Below, piece by piece: positions 14,915-25,159 of a stretch of DNA of 43,914 bases. Below the pieces are notes generated by a model. That model was not told where the DNA came from. It ran no database searches and saw only the letters and a program-made list of their open reading frames with translations. The position numbers and the translations under genes were made by a program. The DNA lies in assembly GCA_031458695.1 (NCBI GenBank), contig JAVKJW010000019.1, positions 1-43,914 on the forward strand, in the 5' to 3' direction. Position 1 is the first letter of the stretch. Each line of letters starts with the position of its first letter. Source of the stretch: Candidatus Thermofontivivens primus (lineage in GTDB: Bacteria > Sysuimicrobiota > Sysuimicrobiia > Sysuimicrobiales > Thermofontiviventaceae).

Positions 14915-16792
14915 TTAGACCTTCATCACCGCCTTCGCCCGGAGCTTCCCCGCCTCCTCCTCAAGGCCCAGGCGCCGGACCGTCTCCTCCGTGGGGATTC
15001 CTTCAGGACTCCAGCCACGGTGCTCGTAATATTGGCTCAGGATCTCCCCAAACGGCGGGAGGTTAGTGGCGGCCCCGCCTTCGCCACGGCGCTGTGTGAG
15101 GATACGGGGGGCAATGGTGTCATCCTTCCGGCTGATCCCACAGGCTACATTGTAGAGGCGCTTGAGGTTGAAAATCCGCTCCCCTGCCTCCATGAACCGG
15201 TCTAGGTCCCACCCCCACCCGTTCACCAAGTTGAACCATGCAAGGAGATGGGTCGGCTTGATACCCCCGAATAGGATGAACTTGCATGTCTTCAATGAGT
15301 CAAACAGGCACATGAGGTCCTGCGTGACAGCCACGAACCGTCCCTTCCCTTCTACCCCGAACCGGTCCTGGATCTCTGGATAGCCCAGCTCCGGCAAGGT
15401 GACAGAGCGCTCGAAGATGTAGGAGAACCCCTGAAGATGGCACGCCCCACGGTTGCTCGTGGCATATCCCACGGCAAGGCTGTTGTACGCCCGGGGATCG
15501 TGTGCGGGAAGTTCAAGGCCTTTGGCGTGAATGGCGAACTCCAGGGCAAGGCCGCCAATGTCCTCGCTCGCCTTGCGCACCCCTTCCGCAAGAAGCGCCC
15601 CAAGGCCTTGGCGGTGGGCGATCTGTTTGATGAGAGCCAGCACAACCTCCGGCGAGCCCCAGCGCAACTCGATCCCGTCCACCTTCGCCGGGAGGAGCCC
15701 GCGCTCAGCACACTCGATGGCAAAGGCGATCACCCCCCCTGTGCTGATCACGTCCAACCCCAGCCGGTTGCAGAGCTCCGTCGCGTAGGCCAGCGCCTCC
15801 AGATCGTCCACTACCGTGAGAGCTCCTAAACAAGCTAGGGCTTCGTACTCTGGCCCCGCCCCTTGGACACCTGCGTAGGGACCCTGGGTGATCTCCACAT
15901 CCCTCCCGCATCCGATGACGCAGGCGCCACAGAAGTACTGCTTTTTCAGAATCGTCTCCGCCATGCGCTGGCCGCTGATCCGCTCCGCTCCCTCCTTCCA
16001 TGCCCCCTGGACCCAGTTGCGGATGGGCAGGTCGCCCAGGGCCTCGATGGTGGTCATACGCCCGGAGGTCCCGTATTTGGAGAGGCTTTCGGCAAGGCGT
16101 TTGATCTCCGGCACTGCTGCTTTGATGGAAGCCATCAAACCATCCCGGTCATGGATCGGAGGCCTCCGGTTCCCCATGGCGACGATCGCCTTGAGCTTCT
16201 TGGCTCCCATCACAGCACCGAGGCCGCACCGCGCTGCTGGCCTGGCGTCCCTGCCATCATGCATCACCGCTGCGATCTTCACGAGGTTCTCCCCCGCTGG
16301 CCCAATGGCACAGGTCACAGCGGTCTTCGCCGTCTCTGCACGCAGCGTTTCGTCGACCACATAGGTGTCCAGGCCCCAGAGATGGGAGGCGTCCCGGATC
16401 TCCACCCCTTCCTCGTGGATCCACAGGTACACCGGTTCCTCGCTCGCCCCGAGGATGATGACTCCATCGTACCCTGCTTTCTTGAGCGCTGTCCCCCAGT
16501 GCCCACCCGCATCCGCCTCGCCGTAAATACCCGTGAGGGGGGATTTCGCCACAACTTCATGGCGTCCGGAAAGGGGAATGGGTGTGGCGGTCCATGGGCC
16601 GTTCATGAAAATGAGCGGGTTCTCCGGCCCCAGAGGGTCCACCCCGGGATCCGAGAGTTCCACAAGATACCTCGCTCCCAGACCACTCCCTCCAATGAAC
16701 CGGCGCGCCCACGCCTCGGAGAGGGGTTCGGTCCACGTCTTCCTTCGCGTAAGGTCTACAAACAAGACCTTCCCCATGTATCCGGCGTTCAT
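14915..16792 (-). CDS. aor: Tungsten-dependent aldehyde:ferredoxin oxidoreductase family protein
   Basis: KSPLTG, IGPAGENLV, GLGAVMGAKKLKAI, C..C.I.C [4Fe-4S] ligands, GPEYE, GLDVIS, HDPR and RGACH. Confidence 0.93.
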   Translation of the reverse strand: MNAGYMGKVLFVDLTRRKTWTEPLSEAWARRFIGGSGLGARYLVELSDPGVDPLGPENPLIFMNGPWTATPIPLSGRHEVVAKSPLTGIYGEADAGGHWGTALKKAGYDGVIILGASEEPVYLWIHEEGVEIRDASHLWGLDTYVVDETLRAETAKTAVTCAIGPAGENLVKIAAVMHDGRDARPAARCGLGAVMGAKKLKAIVAMGNRRPPIHDRDGLMASIKAAVPEIKRLAESLSKYGTSGRMTTIEALGDLPIRNWVQGAWKEGAERISGQRMAETILKKQYFCGACVIGCGRDVEITQGPYAGVQGAGPEYEALACLGALTVVDDLEALAYATELCNRLGLDVISTGGVIAFAIECAERGLLPAKVDGIELRWGSPEVVLALIKQIAHRQGLGALLAEGVRKASEDIGGLALEFAIHAKGLELPAHDPRAYNSLAVGYATSNRGACHLQGFSYIFERSVTLPELGYPEIQDRFGVEGKGRFVAVTQDLMCLFDSLKTCKFILFGGIKPTHLLAWFNLVNGWGWDLDRFMEAGERIFNLKRLYNVACGISRKDDTIAPRILTQRRGEGGAATNLPPFGEILSQYYEHRGWSPEGIPTEETVRRLGLEEEAGKLRAKAVMKV

Positions 16793-17057
16793 CCTTCCTC
16801 CCACCACCTGCGCATGGTATTGTGAAATACCCGGTGAGGGTCTCCTTCGTTCCAGGGTCCTCTGAACTGGGTCCCACGAAATTGAGAGATTTCACCGGGC
16901 CTCTTCGTTGACTTCTTGCTCCTCTGGGAATTTCCTCTCCGAGGTGTCACAAAATCTGTGTAAGGCGGTGGAAGGATCCAGCCAGTTGACAGCCTGAAGA
17001 GGGCCATGGTAGAGTGACAACAGCTATTTCACGGTCCGCTGCATGCAGGAAAGGGCG

Positions 17058-18377
17058 ATGATGCAGATCAGCGCCGCTCATGGGTTTGCCCACGATGACC
17101 GTGGGAACCTCCTCCTCGGTGGGTTCCCTGCAGCTTCTCTTGCCAAGGAATTCGGGACTCCCCTCCTGGTCCTCGACGAGGACCGTTTTCGAGAGAACTG
17201 CCGGGCATATCGGGAGGCATTTGCGCGATTCTACCCGAAGTACGAGGTGATCTATGCCTCCAAGGCGTTATGCGTGCTTGCCACCTGCCAGTTGGCGCAT
17301 GAAGAGGGCCTCGCGATCGACGTCGCTTCGGGTGGGGAGCTGTTCACTGCCCTGCGTGCTGGGGTTCCTGCCCAACGGATCTTCTTCCATGGGAACAACA
17401 AGACCCCGGAAGAGCTACGGTACGCTTTGAGCCAGAGTGTAGGCCGTATCATCGTGGATAACTTCACTGAGCTTTCCCTCCTTGCGGAGCTCGCTAAGGA
17501 GACAGGGAAGACAGCACACATTCTCTTACGCATCACGCCTGGGATCGAACCCCGCACCCACCGGGCGATCCAGACCGGGGGTGTGGACTCCAAGTTTGGG
17601 TTCGATCTGAACAATGGGAGTGCCCTCGAAGCCACCCAGAAGACACTGGATTCTCCACACCTGGCGCTCCACGGGTTCCACTGTCACATTGGATCCCAGA
17701 TCCTGGAGCTAGAGCCCTTCGAGCAGGCCGCCGAAGTGATGATGGATTTCCTTGCACGAATCAACCGGGAGGTCGGTTTCTTGGCAGAGGAGCTGAACTT
17801 GGGAGGAGGGCTTGGCATCCGCTACCTCCACACAGACGAACCTCCCTCCATTGCTTCTTATATCCAAGTCCTTGCACAGCGTGTGAAGGCAAAGGCTCAC
17901 CAGCACGGCCTCCCCCTGCCGATCCTCATGGTAGAACCGGGGCGCTCCATCGTCGGCCCCGCTGGTGTCACCCTCTACACGGTGGGGACGATCAAGCGGA
18001 TCCCAGGGGTCCGGACCTACGCCTCCGTGGATGGTGGGATGTACGAGAACCCACGCCCAGCCCTCTACGCGGCTCGATACGAGGCCGTTGTGGCAGATCG
18101 CCTCTTCGAGACCCCCACCGAGGAGTATGCGATCGCAGGCCGCTGCTGCGAGTCGGGGGATGTGCTGATCTGGGAGGCTTCCCTTCCCCCACTCAACCCA
18201 GGGAATCTAGTGGCTGTGTTCGCGACAGGTGCATACACGTACTCCATGGCGAGCAACTACAACAGGTTCCCACGCCCGGCGGTGGTCCTCGTGGGGAGAG
18301 GGAGGGCGCGACTCATTGTGGAGCGTGAGACCTATGAGGATCTCGTTCGCAAGGATATCCCTCTCCCCAAGGAGTGA
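17058..18377 (+). CDS. lysA: Diaminopimelate decarboxylase
   Basis: YASKA (PLP Lys), HGNNK, SKFG, HCHIGSQ, EPGRS, CESGD and GAY.YSMASNYN. A TTGACA..TGG-TAGAGT promoter lies at 16986-17015. Confidence 0.95.
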   Translation: MMQISAAHGFAHDDRGNLLLGGFPAASLAKEFGTPLLVLDEDRFRENCRAYREAFARFYPKYEVIYASKALCVLATCQLAHEEGLAIDVASGGELFTALRAGVPAQRIFFHGNNKTPEELRYALSQSVGRIIVDNFTELSLLAELAKETGKTAHILLRITPGIEPRTHRAIQTGGVDSKFGFDLNNGSALEATQKTLDSPHLALHGFHCHIGSQILELEPFEQAAEVMMDFLARINREVGFLAEELNLGGGLGIRYLHTDEPPSIASYIQVLAQRVKAKAHQHGLPLPILMVEPGRSIVGPAGVTLYTVGTIKRIPGVRTYASVDGGMYENPRPALYAARYEAVVADRLFETPTEEYAIAGRCCESGDVLIWEASLPPLNPGNLVAVFATGAYTYSMASNYNRFPRPAVVLVGRGRARLIVERETYEDLVRKDIPLPKE

Positions 18378-18382
18378 GAGGT

Positions 18383-18991
18383 ATGATTGGGTTAGATCCG
18401 CTGGCAGTAGTGGTAACCTTCGCCGCGCTCCTCATCGCGGCCACTGTTCACGAGTATGCCCATGCTCTCATCGCCGACCGGCTGGGTGACCCCACGCCCC
18501 GTCTCCATGGCCGCTTGACCTTCAACCCGCTCGCCCATCTCGACCTCATCGGGACGCTCATGCTCATCCTAGTGGGGTTCGGCTGGGCGAAGCCGGTTCC
18601 CATCAACCCCCACAACTTCTCGGATTGGCGGCGGGGGCAGCTCCTCGTTGCGGCCGCCGGGCCCCTCGCCAACGTCACCGCCATGTTCCTCCTGGGCACG
18701 TTGTTGAAATGGCATCTTGTCGAGGCGGCTCCGCCTCTGCTTCTTAGGCTGATTGTGCAGACCATCTGGGTCAACGGGATCCTTGCTGTGTTCAACCTGA
18801 TCCCTGTGCCCCCGCTAGACGGGTCCCGGATCCTTGAAGGGTTGCTTCCAGGACGATACTCCTTCTGGCTCTCCCGGTTGCAGCCTTATGGTATCCTTGT
18901 ATTGATCGTGCTTGTGTATACCGGCTTCGTAGGGGCTTTCCTTCGCCCCCTCGTGCGGATGCTCATGGCCCTTGCGACCGGATCCGGATAA
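18383..18991 (+). CDS. Site-2 (M50 family) intramembrane metalloprotease
   Basis: HEYAH, GFGWAKPVP, AAGPLAN and FNLIPVPPLDG. Confidence 0.93.
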   Translation: MIGLDPLAVVVTFAALLIAATVHEYAHALIADRLGDPTPRLHGRLTFNPLAHLDLIGTLMLILVGFGWAKPVPINPHNFSDWRRGQLLVAAAGPLANVTAMFLLGTLLKWHLVEAAPPLLLRLIVQTIWVNGILAVFNLIPVPPLDGSRILEGLLPGRYSFWLSRLQPYGILVLIVLVYTGFVGAFLRPLVRMLMALATGSG

Positions 18992-19068
18992 TAGCGAATA
19001 TATTGGGTTTGCCGGGTTCATCAGTGTACCAGGTTCCTCAGTGCACAGAGGAGGGTTGAGAAACAGAT

Positions 19069-20052
19069 ATGAAAGGTAGGATCCTCAGCGGGATGCGGCC
19101 CACGGGCAGGATGCATCTCGGAAATTACGTCGGCGCCCTGTTGAACTGGGTCCGTTTGCAGGAGGAGTACGAGTGCTTCTACGAGGTTGCTGACTGGCAC
19201 GCCCTGACCACAGCGTACGATCGGACAGAGCAGGTGCGTGAGGATATCCAAGAGATGGTCACAGACTGGCTGTCCGTAGGCATCGACCCACAGAAGAGCA
19301 CGATCTTCGTGCAGTCCCATGTCCCTGAGCATGCCGTGTTGCACCTGCTCCTCTCCATGGTGACCCCTACCTCCTGGCTAGAGCGGAACCCCACGCTGAA
19401 GGAGATGGTGCGCGACCTGGGCCTCAGGGAATCAGTGGGATACGGTTTATTGGGTTACCCTGTCCTCCAGGCGGCGGACATCTTGATCTACAAGGCGGAT
19501 ACAGTTCCAGTAGGCGAGGACCAGCTCCCTCATCTCGAGCTGACCCGGGAGATCGTGCGGAGGTTCAACAACTTTTATGGCCCAGTCTTCCCTGAACCCC
19601 GAGCCCTCCTCACAGAGGTCCCCCTCATCCTAGGAAGCGATGGGAAGAAGATGAGCAAAAGCCTGAACAACTACATTGCTCTGAGTGATCCGCCAGAGGT
19701 GGTCAAGCAGAAGGTGCGTATGTTCATCACAGACCCCCAGAAGATCTACAAGGGAGATCCAGGGCGGCCGGAGATTTGCCCGGTCTTCCACCTTCACCGC
19801 CACTTCAGCAAGGAGGAGGTGGACCAGATCGCCGCGGATTGCCGCTCGGGAGCCCTTGGATGCGTGGACTGCAAGGCGAATCTGGCAAACCACATCAACA
19901 TCGCCCTGGATCCCATCCGGGAGGCTCGCAGGAGCTTGGAGGAGAATCCTGGACAGGTTTGGGAGATCCTGGCGTATGGAAAGGAGAAGGCCAGGAAGGT
20001 GGCATCGGCGACGCTCGGGGAGGTTCGCCAGGCGATGAAGATGACCTACTGA
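19069..20052 (+). CDS. trpS: Tryptophanyl-tRNA synthetase
   Basis: SGMRPTG, HLGN (HIGH), YPVLQAADIL, VPVGEDQ and KMSKS. Confidence 0.97.
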   Translation: MKGRILSGMRPTGRMHLGNYVGALLNWVRLQEEYECFYEVADWHALTTAYDRTEQVREDIQEMVTDWLSVGIDPQKSTIFVQSHVPEHAVLHLLLSMVTPTSWLERNPTLKEMVRDLGLRESVGYGLLGYPVLQAADILIYKADTVPVGEDQLPHLELTREIVRRFNNFYGPVFPEPRALLTEVPLILGSDGKKMSKSLNNYIALSDPPEVVKQKVRMFITDPQKIYKGDPGRPEICPVFHLHRHFSKEEVDQIAADCRSGALGCVDCKANLANHINIALDPIREARRSLEENPGQVWEILAYGKEKARKVASATLGEVRQAMKMTY

Positions 20053-20209
20053 GTACCCTGGCAACAGGCTCTCTGTCTTGTGCCAGCGCTCCTCTCACGG
20101 GATCTTCACGAGATGTGGACCGGTTTAGGCGGAGAATCGGGGTTCCTCGCGAAACCTTGACAATAGAGTTCGCTGAGGGACTCATGGGAATCGGGTTTGG
20201 CGGATACGA

Positions 20210-20944
20210 ATGGATCGAAAGGAAAGCGATCAGGTCAAAGTCCCACAGTTCGAAGGATCTCTGGAACAACTCCTCCATCTCGCCAGGGAGGGGAAGATTG
20301 ACCTTCTGGAAATCCCCTTGGGTGAGATCGCTCAAGAGTACCTCCACAAAGCCCGTCACTCTCTCGACCTCGAAGAAGCTACGCACCTCTTGTGGGTGAT
20401 GGCCTCATTGTTGGAGTTGAAGTCACGGCTCCTCCTCCCCAAACCCCCGCCTGTGCAAGAAGAGGAGGAGATAGAACCGGAAAGCCTTCCGGAAAGCCTT
20501 GCGGAACGGATAGAGGAGTACAGGACCTTCAAGGAAGTTGCTGAGGCCCTTCGGGTCCTGGAGGAGTACCAGCGCAAGATCTTCGTCCGGGCGCACGAGG
20601 AGGCGGATCCCCTTCCCCTCGAGGGACTTACCCTGGACGACTTGTTCGGGGCGTTCCGGCAGGTCTTGGAGCGCGCCCGGGAGGTCATCCGGGAGATCCC
20701 TGCCGAAGGAGTCACGGTGGCAGAGCGAATAGAGGTGATCCTTCGTTCCCTGCGCAGCCACCCTGAGGGGACCTCGTTCGAGAGCCTCTTCCCTCCCGAG
20801 GCTACCCGGCTGGAGATCATTGTAACCTTCCTCGCCCTCCTGGAGCTGGTACGACAGCGGCTTGTGCGCATCAGCCAGGCGCGCCCCTTTGCCCCCATCC
20901 TGCTGTTTGCTGTGGAGGAGACCCCGGATGCGGCTATGGGTTGA
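20210..20944 (+). CDS. scpA: Segregation and condensation protein A (kleisin)
   Basis: FEGSLEQLLHL, LLELKSRLLLP and IIVTFLALLELVR...Q.RPF.PI. Confidence 0.93.
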   Translation: MDRKESDQVKVPQFEGSLEQLLHLAREGKIDLLEIPLGEIAQEYLHKARHSLDLEEATHLLWVMASLLELKSRLLLPKPPPVQEEEEIEPESLPESLAERIEEYRTFKEVAEALRVLEEYQRKIFVRAHEEADPLPLEGLTLDDLFGAFRQVLERAREVIREIPAEGVTVAERIEVILRSLRSHPEGTSFESLFPPEATRLEIIVTFLALLELVRQRLVRISQARPFAPILLFAVEETPDAAMG

Positions 20945-21515
20945 TCCTGATGCACGGAAACGTCTCAAAGGCGCAGTGGAAGCACTCCTATTTGTGAGCA
21001 ATGACCCGGTCACGACAGCCCAGCTCGCCAAAGTCCTGGAGATCGAAGAAGACCTCGTAGAGGAGTTGCTCGCCGAGCTCCAGGAAGAGTACAGCGACAG
21101 GGGGATCCAGCTGAAGGCGGTAGCTGGCGGGTATCAAATGTGCACGCGCCCAGAGTATTCGGAGGTGGTCAAGCGACTCCTGCACCTCGATACGCGCGAG
21201 CCCCTCTCCCAGGCTGCTTTGGAAACCCTGGCGATCATCGCCTATCGACAGCCCATCACTCGCGCGGAGATCGAGGCGATCCGGGGTGTTCGGTCCGATC
21301 ACGTCCTGGAAAAGCTCCTGGAGACTCAATTGATCAAGGTAGCTGGAAGGAAGGAGGCACCTGGCCGCCCCCTCCTGTACGTCACAACGGAGCGGTTCCT
21401 CCGTTACTTTGGGTTGCGCGACCTGAGCGATCTCCCGCCCCTCCCTGAAGGCCCCAGCACACCTTCTGAGAAGATTTTGCTGGAGAAAAGTCTAAATACT
21501 TCTCACAGGGGTTGA
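20928..21515 (+). CDS. scpB: Segregation and condensation protein B
   Basis: VEALLFV, LSQAALETLAIIAYRQPITRAEIEAIRGV and GRPLLY.TT..FL.YFGL..L.DLP. Confidence 0.95.
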   Translation: MRLWVDPDARKRLKGAVEALLFVSNDPVTTAQLAKVLEIEEDLVEELLAELQEEYSDRGIQLKAVAGGYQMCTRPEYSEVVKRLLHLDTREPLSQAALETLAIIAYRQPITRAEIEAIRGVRSDHVLEKLLETQLIKVAGRKEAPGRPLLYVTTERFLRYFGLRDLSDLPPLPEGPSTPSEKILLEKSLNTSHRG

Positions 21516-21566
21516 TATTTAAGGAAGGATCTCTCGGAGATACGCAAGATCCCCTGAGTTCTCACG

Positions 21567-22697
21567 ATGCGGAAGTTCTCCCTATGGGTTCTCAGTGTTT
21601 GGCTCGCTGGCCTCGTGGGATGGATTCTGGCCCTCGCAACGGGCCCAGCCCTGACGCTCCCTGGACCTCCCCCTGTCATGGCCACCGCTGCCGTCCTCAT
21701 GGATGCGCGGACTGGCCAAGTGCTCTTTGAGCGCAACCCGCACCTCCGCTGGCCACCGGCGAGCACGACAAAAATTCTCACCGCGATCCTGGTCCGGGAA
21801 CACCTCCCCCTCGACAAGGAGGTCCCCGTCAGCACCCGGGCAAGCATACAGCGGTCGGGTTCGAGCATAGGACTTGAAACTGGAGAACGATGGAGAGTGG
21901 AGGATCTTCTGTATGCCCTCCTCCTGAGTTCCGCAAACGATGCTGCAGTGGCCCTCGCAGAGGCGACAAGTGGCTCTGTAGAGGCTTTCGCACAGCTCAT
22001 GAATGAGAAGGCGCGCGCCATCGGGGCTAAGAACTCCCACTTCGCCGTCCCCCATGGACTCTACCATCCCCAACACTATTCCACGGCTTACGATTTGGCC
22101 TTGATCGCCCGGTACGCCTTGCGCGATCCTCTCCTCGCGCAGATCTTCCGTACGCAGAGGTGGACCCTAAACCGTCCAGGGGGCAAGAGGGAGGCCCTGG
22201 AGAACCGCAACAGGCTCCTCCAGATCTATCCTGGGGCAGATGGGATCAAGACGGGCTGGATCACCCAGTCTGGCCAGTGCCTCGTTGCCTCGGCGACGAG
22301 GGAAAACTGGCAGCTCATCGCTGTCGTCCTCAACTCCCCAGACATCTACGCCGACGCGTCTCGGCTCCTCGACTATGGCTTTCAGAACTTCGCCTTGGTC
22401 AAGTTGGCTGCAAAAGGCCAAATCCTGGGGAGCATGTTCATCCAAGGGCAGCGATTGGAGGTGAGCCCCCCGGAGGACGTCTATGCGGTCATGCCAAAGG
22501 GGGAACGGACTATTGTCCGTCTCTCCTTCCGCGAGGACCTTTCCCTCCCGATTCCCGCAGGCACCCCCATTGGAGAAGCCACCTACCTTGTAAGGGGAAG
22601 AACCGTGGCCGTAACTCCCCTCGTAGCGACGGAAGATGTCTACAAGCCGAATCTGTTCCTGAAGCTATGGCGGTGGCTCGTGAAGCTCCTCTTCTGA
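21567..22697 (+). CDS. D-alanyl-D-alanine carboxypeptidase (peptidase S11, DacB/DacF-like)
   Basis: Signal peptide, PASTTK (SxxK), SAN (SxN), PHGL, KTG, and a C-terminal amphipathic anchor. Confidence 0.92.
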   Translation: MRKFSLWVLSVWLAGLVGWILALATGPALTLPGPPPVMATAAVLMDARTGQVLFERNPHLRWPPASTTKILTAILVREHLPLDKEVPVSTRASIQRSGSSIGLETGERWRVEDLLYALLLSSANDAAVALAEATSGSVEAFAQLMNEKARAIGAKNSHFAVPHGLYHPQHYSTAYDLALIARYALRDPLLAQIFRTQRWTLNRPGGKREALENRNRLLQIYPGADGIKTGWITQSGQCLVASATRENWQLIAVVLNSPDIYADASRLLDYGFQNFALVKLAAKGQILGSMFIQGQRLEVSPPEDVYAVMPKGERTIVRLSFREDLSLPIPAGTPIGEATYLVRGRTVAVTPLVATEDVYKPNLFLKLWRWLVKLLF

Positions 22698-23392
22698 TCG
22701 CGCTTCCGGCCCTAGCTCTTGGATTATGGGCTTGGAGCGCCTGGCGCATCTTCTCCGATGCACGCCACAGGGATGTGGGAACGACACGGGCGTTGGCCTT
22801 CGCCCTCCGGTATTCCCTGGCTCCCTCTCGGTACCGGTGGGGACCAGGGTTCGATCTCCGGCCCCCCCAGGAACAACGTGCGCTCCTCCGCGCGGAAGCG
22901 GAACGCATGGGCTTGCAGGATGTCACCAATATCCGGTGCCCTTTGTGCGAAACGGAGATCCCTCACGCTCTCACTGTCGATCCCCATGGCCGCTTCGATT
23001 TCCCCGCTCACCCCATTCAGTGCCCGAGTTGTGACTTCCGCTTGGATAGCTGCCGCTTCTGCCAGTTTTTTGTTCCTGCCAAAGGGTGGGCAGAACCGGA
23101 CATCACCCAAGGGACATGCCAGCGCTACAGGGAATGGCGGGAAGTGGAGGAGGCCTATCCCCATTATGCTTCTCGCCTCCACGACCTCGGGATCACCAAG
23201 GTTCATGTCCCCAAGCGGATTGTGGATTCCTACATCCCTCTTGAGGAATGTTCCGGGGCGACCTTAGATCCCAAGCGACTAAGCAGAGGAGTACCGGGCC
23301 TGACCCGCTACCGGAAACAGTTGATCTTCCTACGGCAGCGGGTGGGCGTTTCAGCAGCCCATGAAAGAGGGACCCCAGGCAAAAGTTTGTAA
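22667..23392 (+). CDS. Hypothetical membrane-anchored Cys-rich protein
   Basis: N-terminal TM (LLIALPALALGLWAWSAW), then CPLC, CPSC, CRFC and two further Cys. Fills the gap between dac and pspC. Start position uncertain. Confidence 0.6.
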   Translation: MAVAREAPLLIALPALALGLWAWSAWRIFSDARHRDVGTTRALAFALRYSLAPSRYRWGPGFDLRPPQEQRALLRAEAERMGLQDVTNIRCPLCETEIPHALTVDPHGRFDFPAHPIQCPSCDFRLDSCRFCQFFVPAKGWAEPDITQGTCQRYREWREVEEAYPHYASRLHDLGITKVHVPKRIVDSYIPLEECSGATLDPKRLSRGVPGLTRYRKQLIFLRQRVGVSAAHERGTPGKSL

Positions 23393-23468
23393 GTTTTACC
23401 GGGTGCCTAGGCAAGGAGATTGTTTGCACCTGGAGGAATTTGTTTAAGGGAGGGCAGGAGGTGAACAG

Positions 23469-23876
23469 GTGGAGAAACGCCTGTACCGCGCTAGGGATGA
23501 CAGATGGATCGCCGGGGTTTGCGGCGGGCTTGGGAAATACCTTGGAGTTGACTCCACGCTTGTCCGCATCGGCTTCATCCTCCTAGCCTTTTGGAATGGG
23601 TTTGGCATCCTCCTGTATATCCTGATGGCTCTGATCGTCCCAGAGGAGCCGCTCCCTGAAATTGTCTCAGAGCCTGGTCTCCCCTCCGCTCCCCCGTCCC
23701 GTGAGGAGAGCGAGCGGCGGCTCCATGTCCTAGGGCTCCTCCTGATCCTCGGGGGCCTCTACGTCCTGATGCGGAATCTCTCCCTCTTCCCCCCGTTCTC
23801 CACTGATCGGGCCATTGCTCTGGCCCTCATCGCGGGAGGGATCCTTCTCCTCATTCTGAAGCAACGCGGAAGTTAA
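23469..23876 (+). CDS. pspC: PspC domain-containing membrane protein with two extra C-terminal TM helices
   Basis: KRLYRARDDRWIAGVCGGLGKYLGVDSTLVR...YILMALIVPEE. Strong SD GGAGGTG. Confidence 0.88.
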   Translation: MEKRLYRARDDRWIAGVCGGLGKYLGVDSTLVRIGFILLAFWNGFGILLYILMALIVPEEPLPEIVSEPGLPSAPPSREESERRLHVLGLLLILGGLYVLMRNLSLFPPFSTDRAIALALIAGGILLLILKQRGS

Positions 23877-23893
23877 GGAGTGAGCGAGGCAAC

Positions 23894-25063
23894 ATGGGGA
23901 ACATCTACGTGGGGACCTCCGGGTGGAGCTACAAAGAATGGATCGGTCCTTTCTATACCAGTGGAAAGAACCTCTTCTCGCAGTACTGCCAGGTCTTCCG
24001 TACAACAGAAATCAACTCGACCTTCTACCGTCTCCCCACGCGAGATTTCATCGAGGGACTCGCTCGGACCTCCCCAGAGGGATTCCTCATCGCCGCGAAG
24101 ATCCCCAAGGAGATCACGCATAAAAAGCGCCTGGATCGGCGCAAGGGAGCTCTCGAAGACCTCCAGCGATTCCTGCATGCCCTGGAACCGCTGGAAGTGG
24201 AAGGAAAGCTCGGGCCTCTGCTCCTACAGCTCCCCCCAGCTTCGAGGGAAGAGCTCAAGCACCTCGATGACTTTCTTGCATACCTCCCCTCCGACCGTTA
24301 CCACTTTGTCGCAGAGTTCCGCGACGAATCGTGGATGCGGGAGGAAACCTTCGCCTTGTTGCACCGTTCCCGCGTGGGCTACTGCATCGTGGACGAACCC
24401 CTTCTCCCCGCCCGGCTTGAAGTAACCTCAGAGGTCGGGTATATCCGCTGGCACGGCCGGGGCCAGCGTCCCTGGTACTATTACCTCTATACCGAGGAAG
24501 AGCTGCAGGAGTGGGTTCCCAAGGTCAAGGAGGTCGCCAGTCGTTCTAAAGTCCTGTTCGCCTACTTTAATAACCACTTCCGGGGCTATGCTCCGCGCAA
24601 CGCCCTCCAGATGCTCAACCTCTTGGGGATGGCCACAAAAGTCCAGCAGGAGAAGCTGGAGCAGGTCAATGCCTATTTCACCGCGGGCGCCCTGGAAGAG
24701 CGTCGGTATTTGGCACAGGCCGCTCTCGCGCGGGACGCCGGGCTGAAAGAGCTCCTCGGGATCTTCCTGGATCCCAAGCGCCTCCAGCGCGCCTTGGAAA
24801 TCCCGGATCAGGAGCTGTCCATCGAGGAAGCCTCGGAAGATCGCGTTGTTGCAAGAATAAAGGAGTACCGCCTGTGCATCGACCGGGAGAACTCCGTGAT
24901 CGCCCACGATTGTGACGACTGGCGCAAGCGGCGGGAGACCCGCCAGTTCTGCAAGCACATGGGAAAGCTCTTCCTCTTCCTCCCCCTCGAGCTCGCCTCG
25001 GACCTCCTCCGGGATATCTCAGAAAACCTCGACCAGTGGGAGTTCAAGGGGACAATGGAATAG
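23894..25063 (+). CDS. DUF72 (YecE-like TIM barrel) protein fused to a C-terminal SWIM-like zinc finger domain
   Basis: YVGTSGWSYKEW, EINSTFY, LLQLPP, EFRD.SW, YIRWHGR, Y.Y.EEEL..W and YFNNH. The tail contains HDCDDW-x9-FCKH. Confidence 0.88.
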   Translation: MGNIYVGTSGWSYKEWIGPFYTSGKNLFSQYCQVFRTTEINSTFYRLPTRDFIEGLARTSPEGFLIAAKIPKEITHKKRLDRRKGALEDLQRFLHALEPLEVEGKLGPLLLQLPPASREELKHLDDFLAYLPSDRYHFVAEFRDESWMREETFALLHRSRVGYCIVDEPLLPARLEVTSEVGYIRWHGRGQRPWYYYLYTEEELQEWVPKVKEVASRSKVLFAYFNNHFRGYAPRNALQMLNLLGMATKVQQEKLEQVNAYFTAGALEERRYLAQAALARDAGLKELLGIFLDPKRLQRALEIPDQELSIEEASEDRVVARIKEYRLCIDRENSVIAHDCDDWRKRRETRQFCKHMGKLFLFLPLELASDLLRDISENLDQWEFKGTME

Positions 25064-25107
25064 GAAAGGATGAACCGCCGTTCAACAAAGTAAGCAACAG
25101 AAGAAAT

Positions 25108-25144
25108 CCGTACCCCGGCGGAAGTCTTTTGCCTTCTGCCAGGG
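25108..25144. repeat. Further copy of the intergenic palindromic repeat
   Basis: CCGTACCCCGGCGGAAGTCTTTTGCCTTCTGCCAGGG matches 13590-13626 at 32 of 37 positions (counted by eye). Confidence 0.75.
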
Positions 25145-25159
25145 CAGGGAGGTGGAGGT

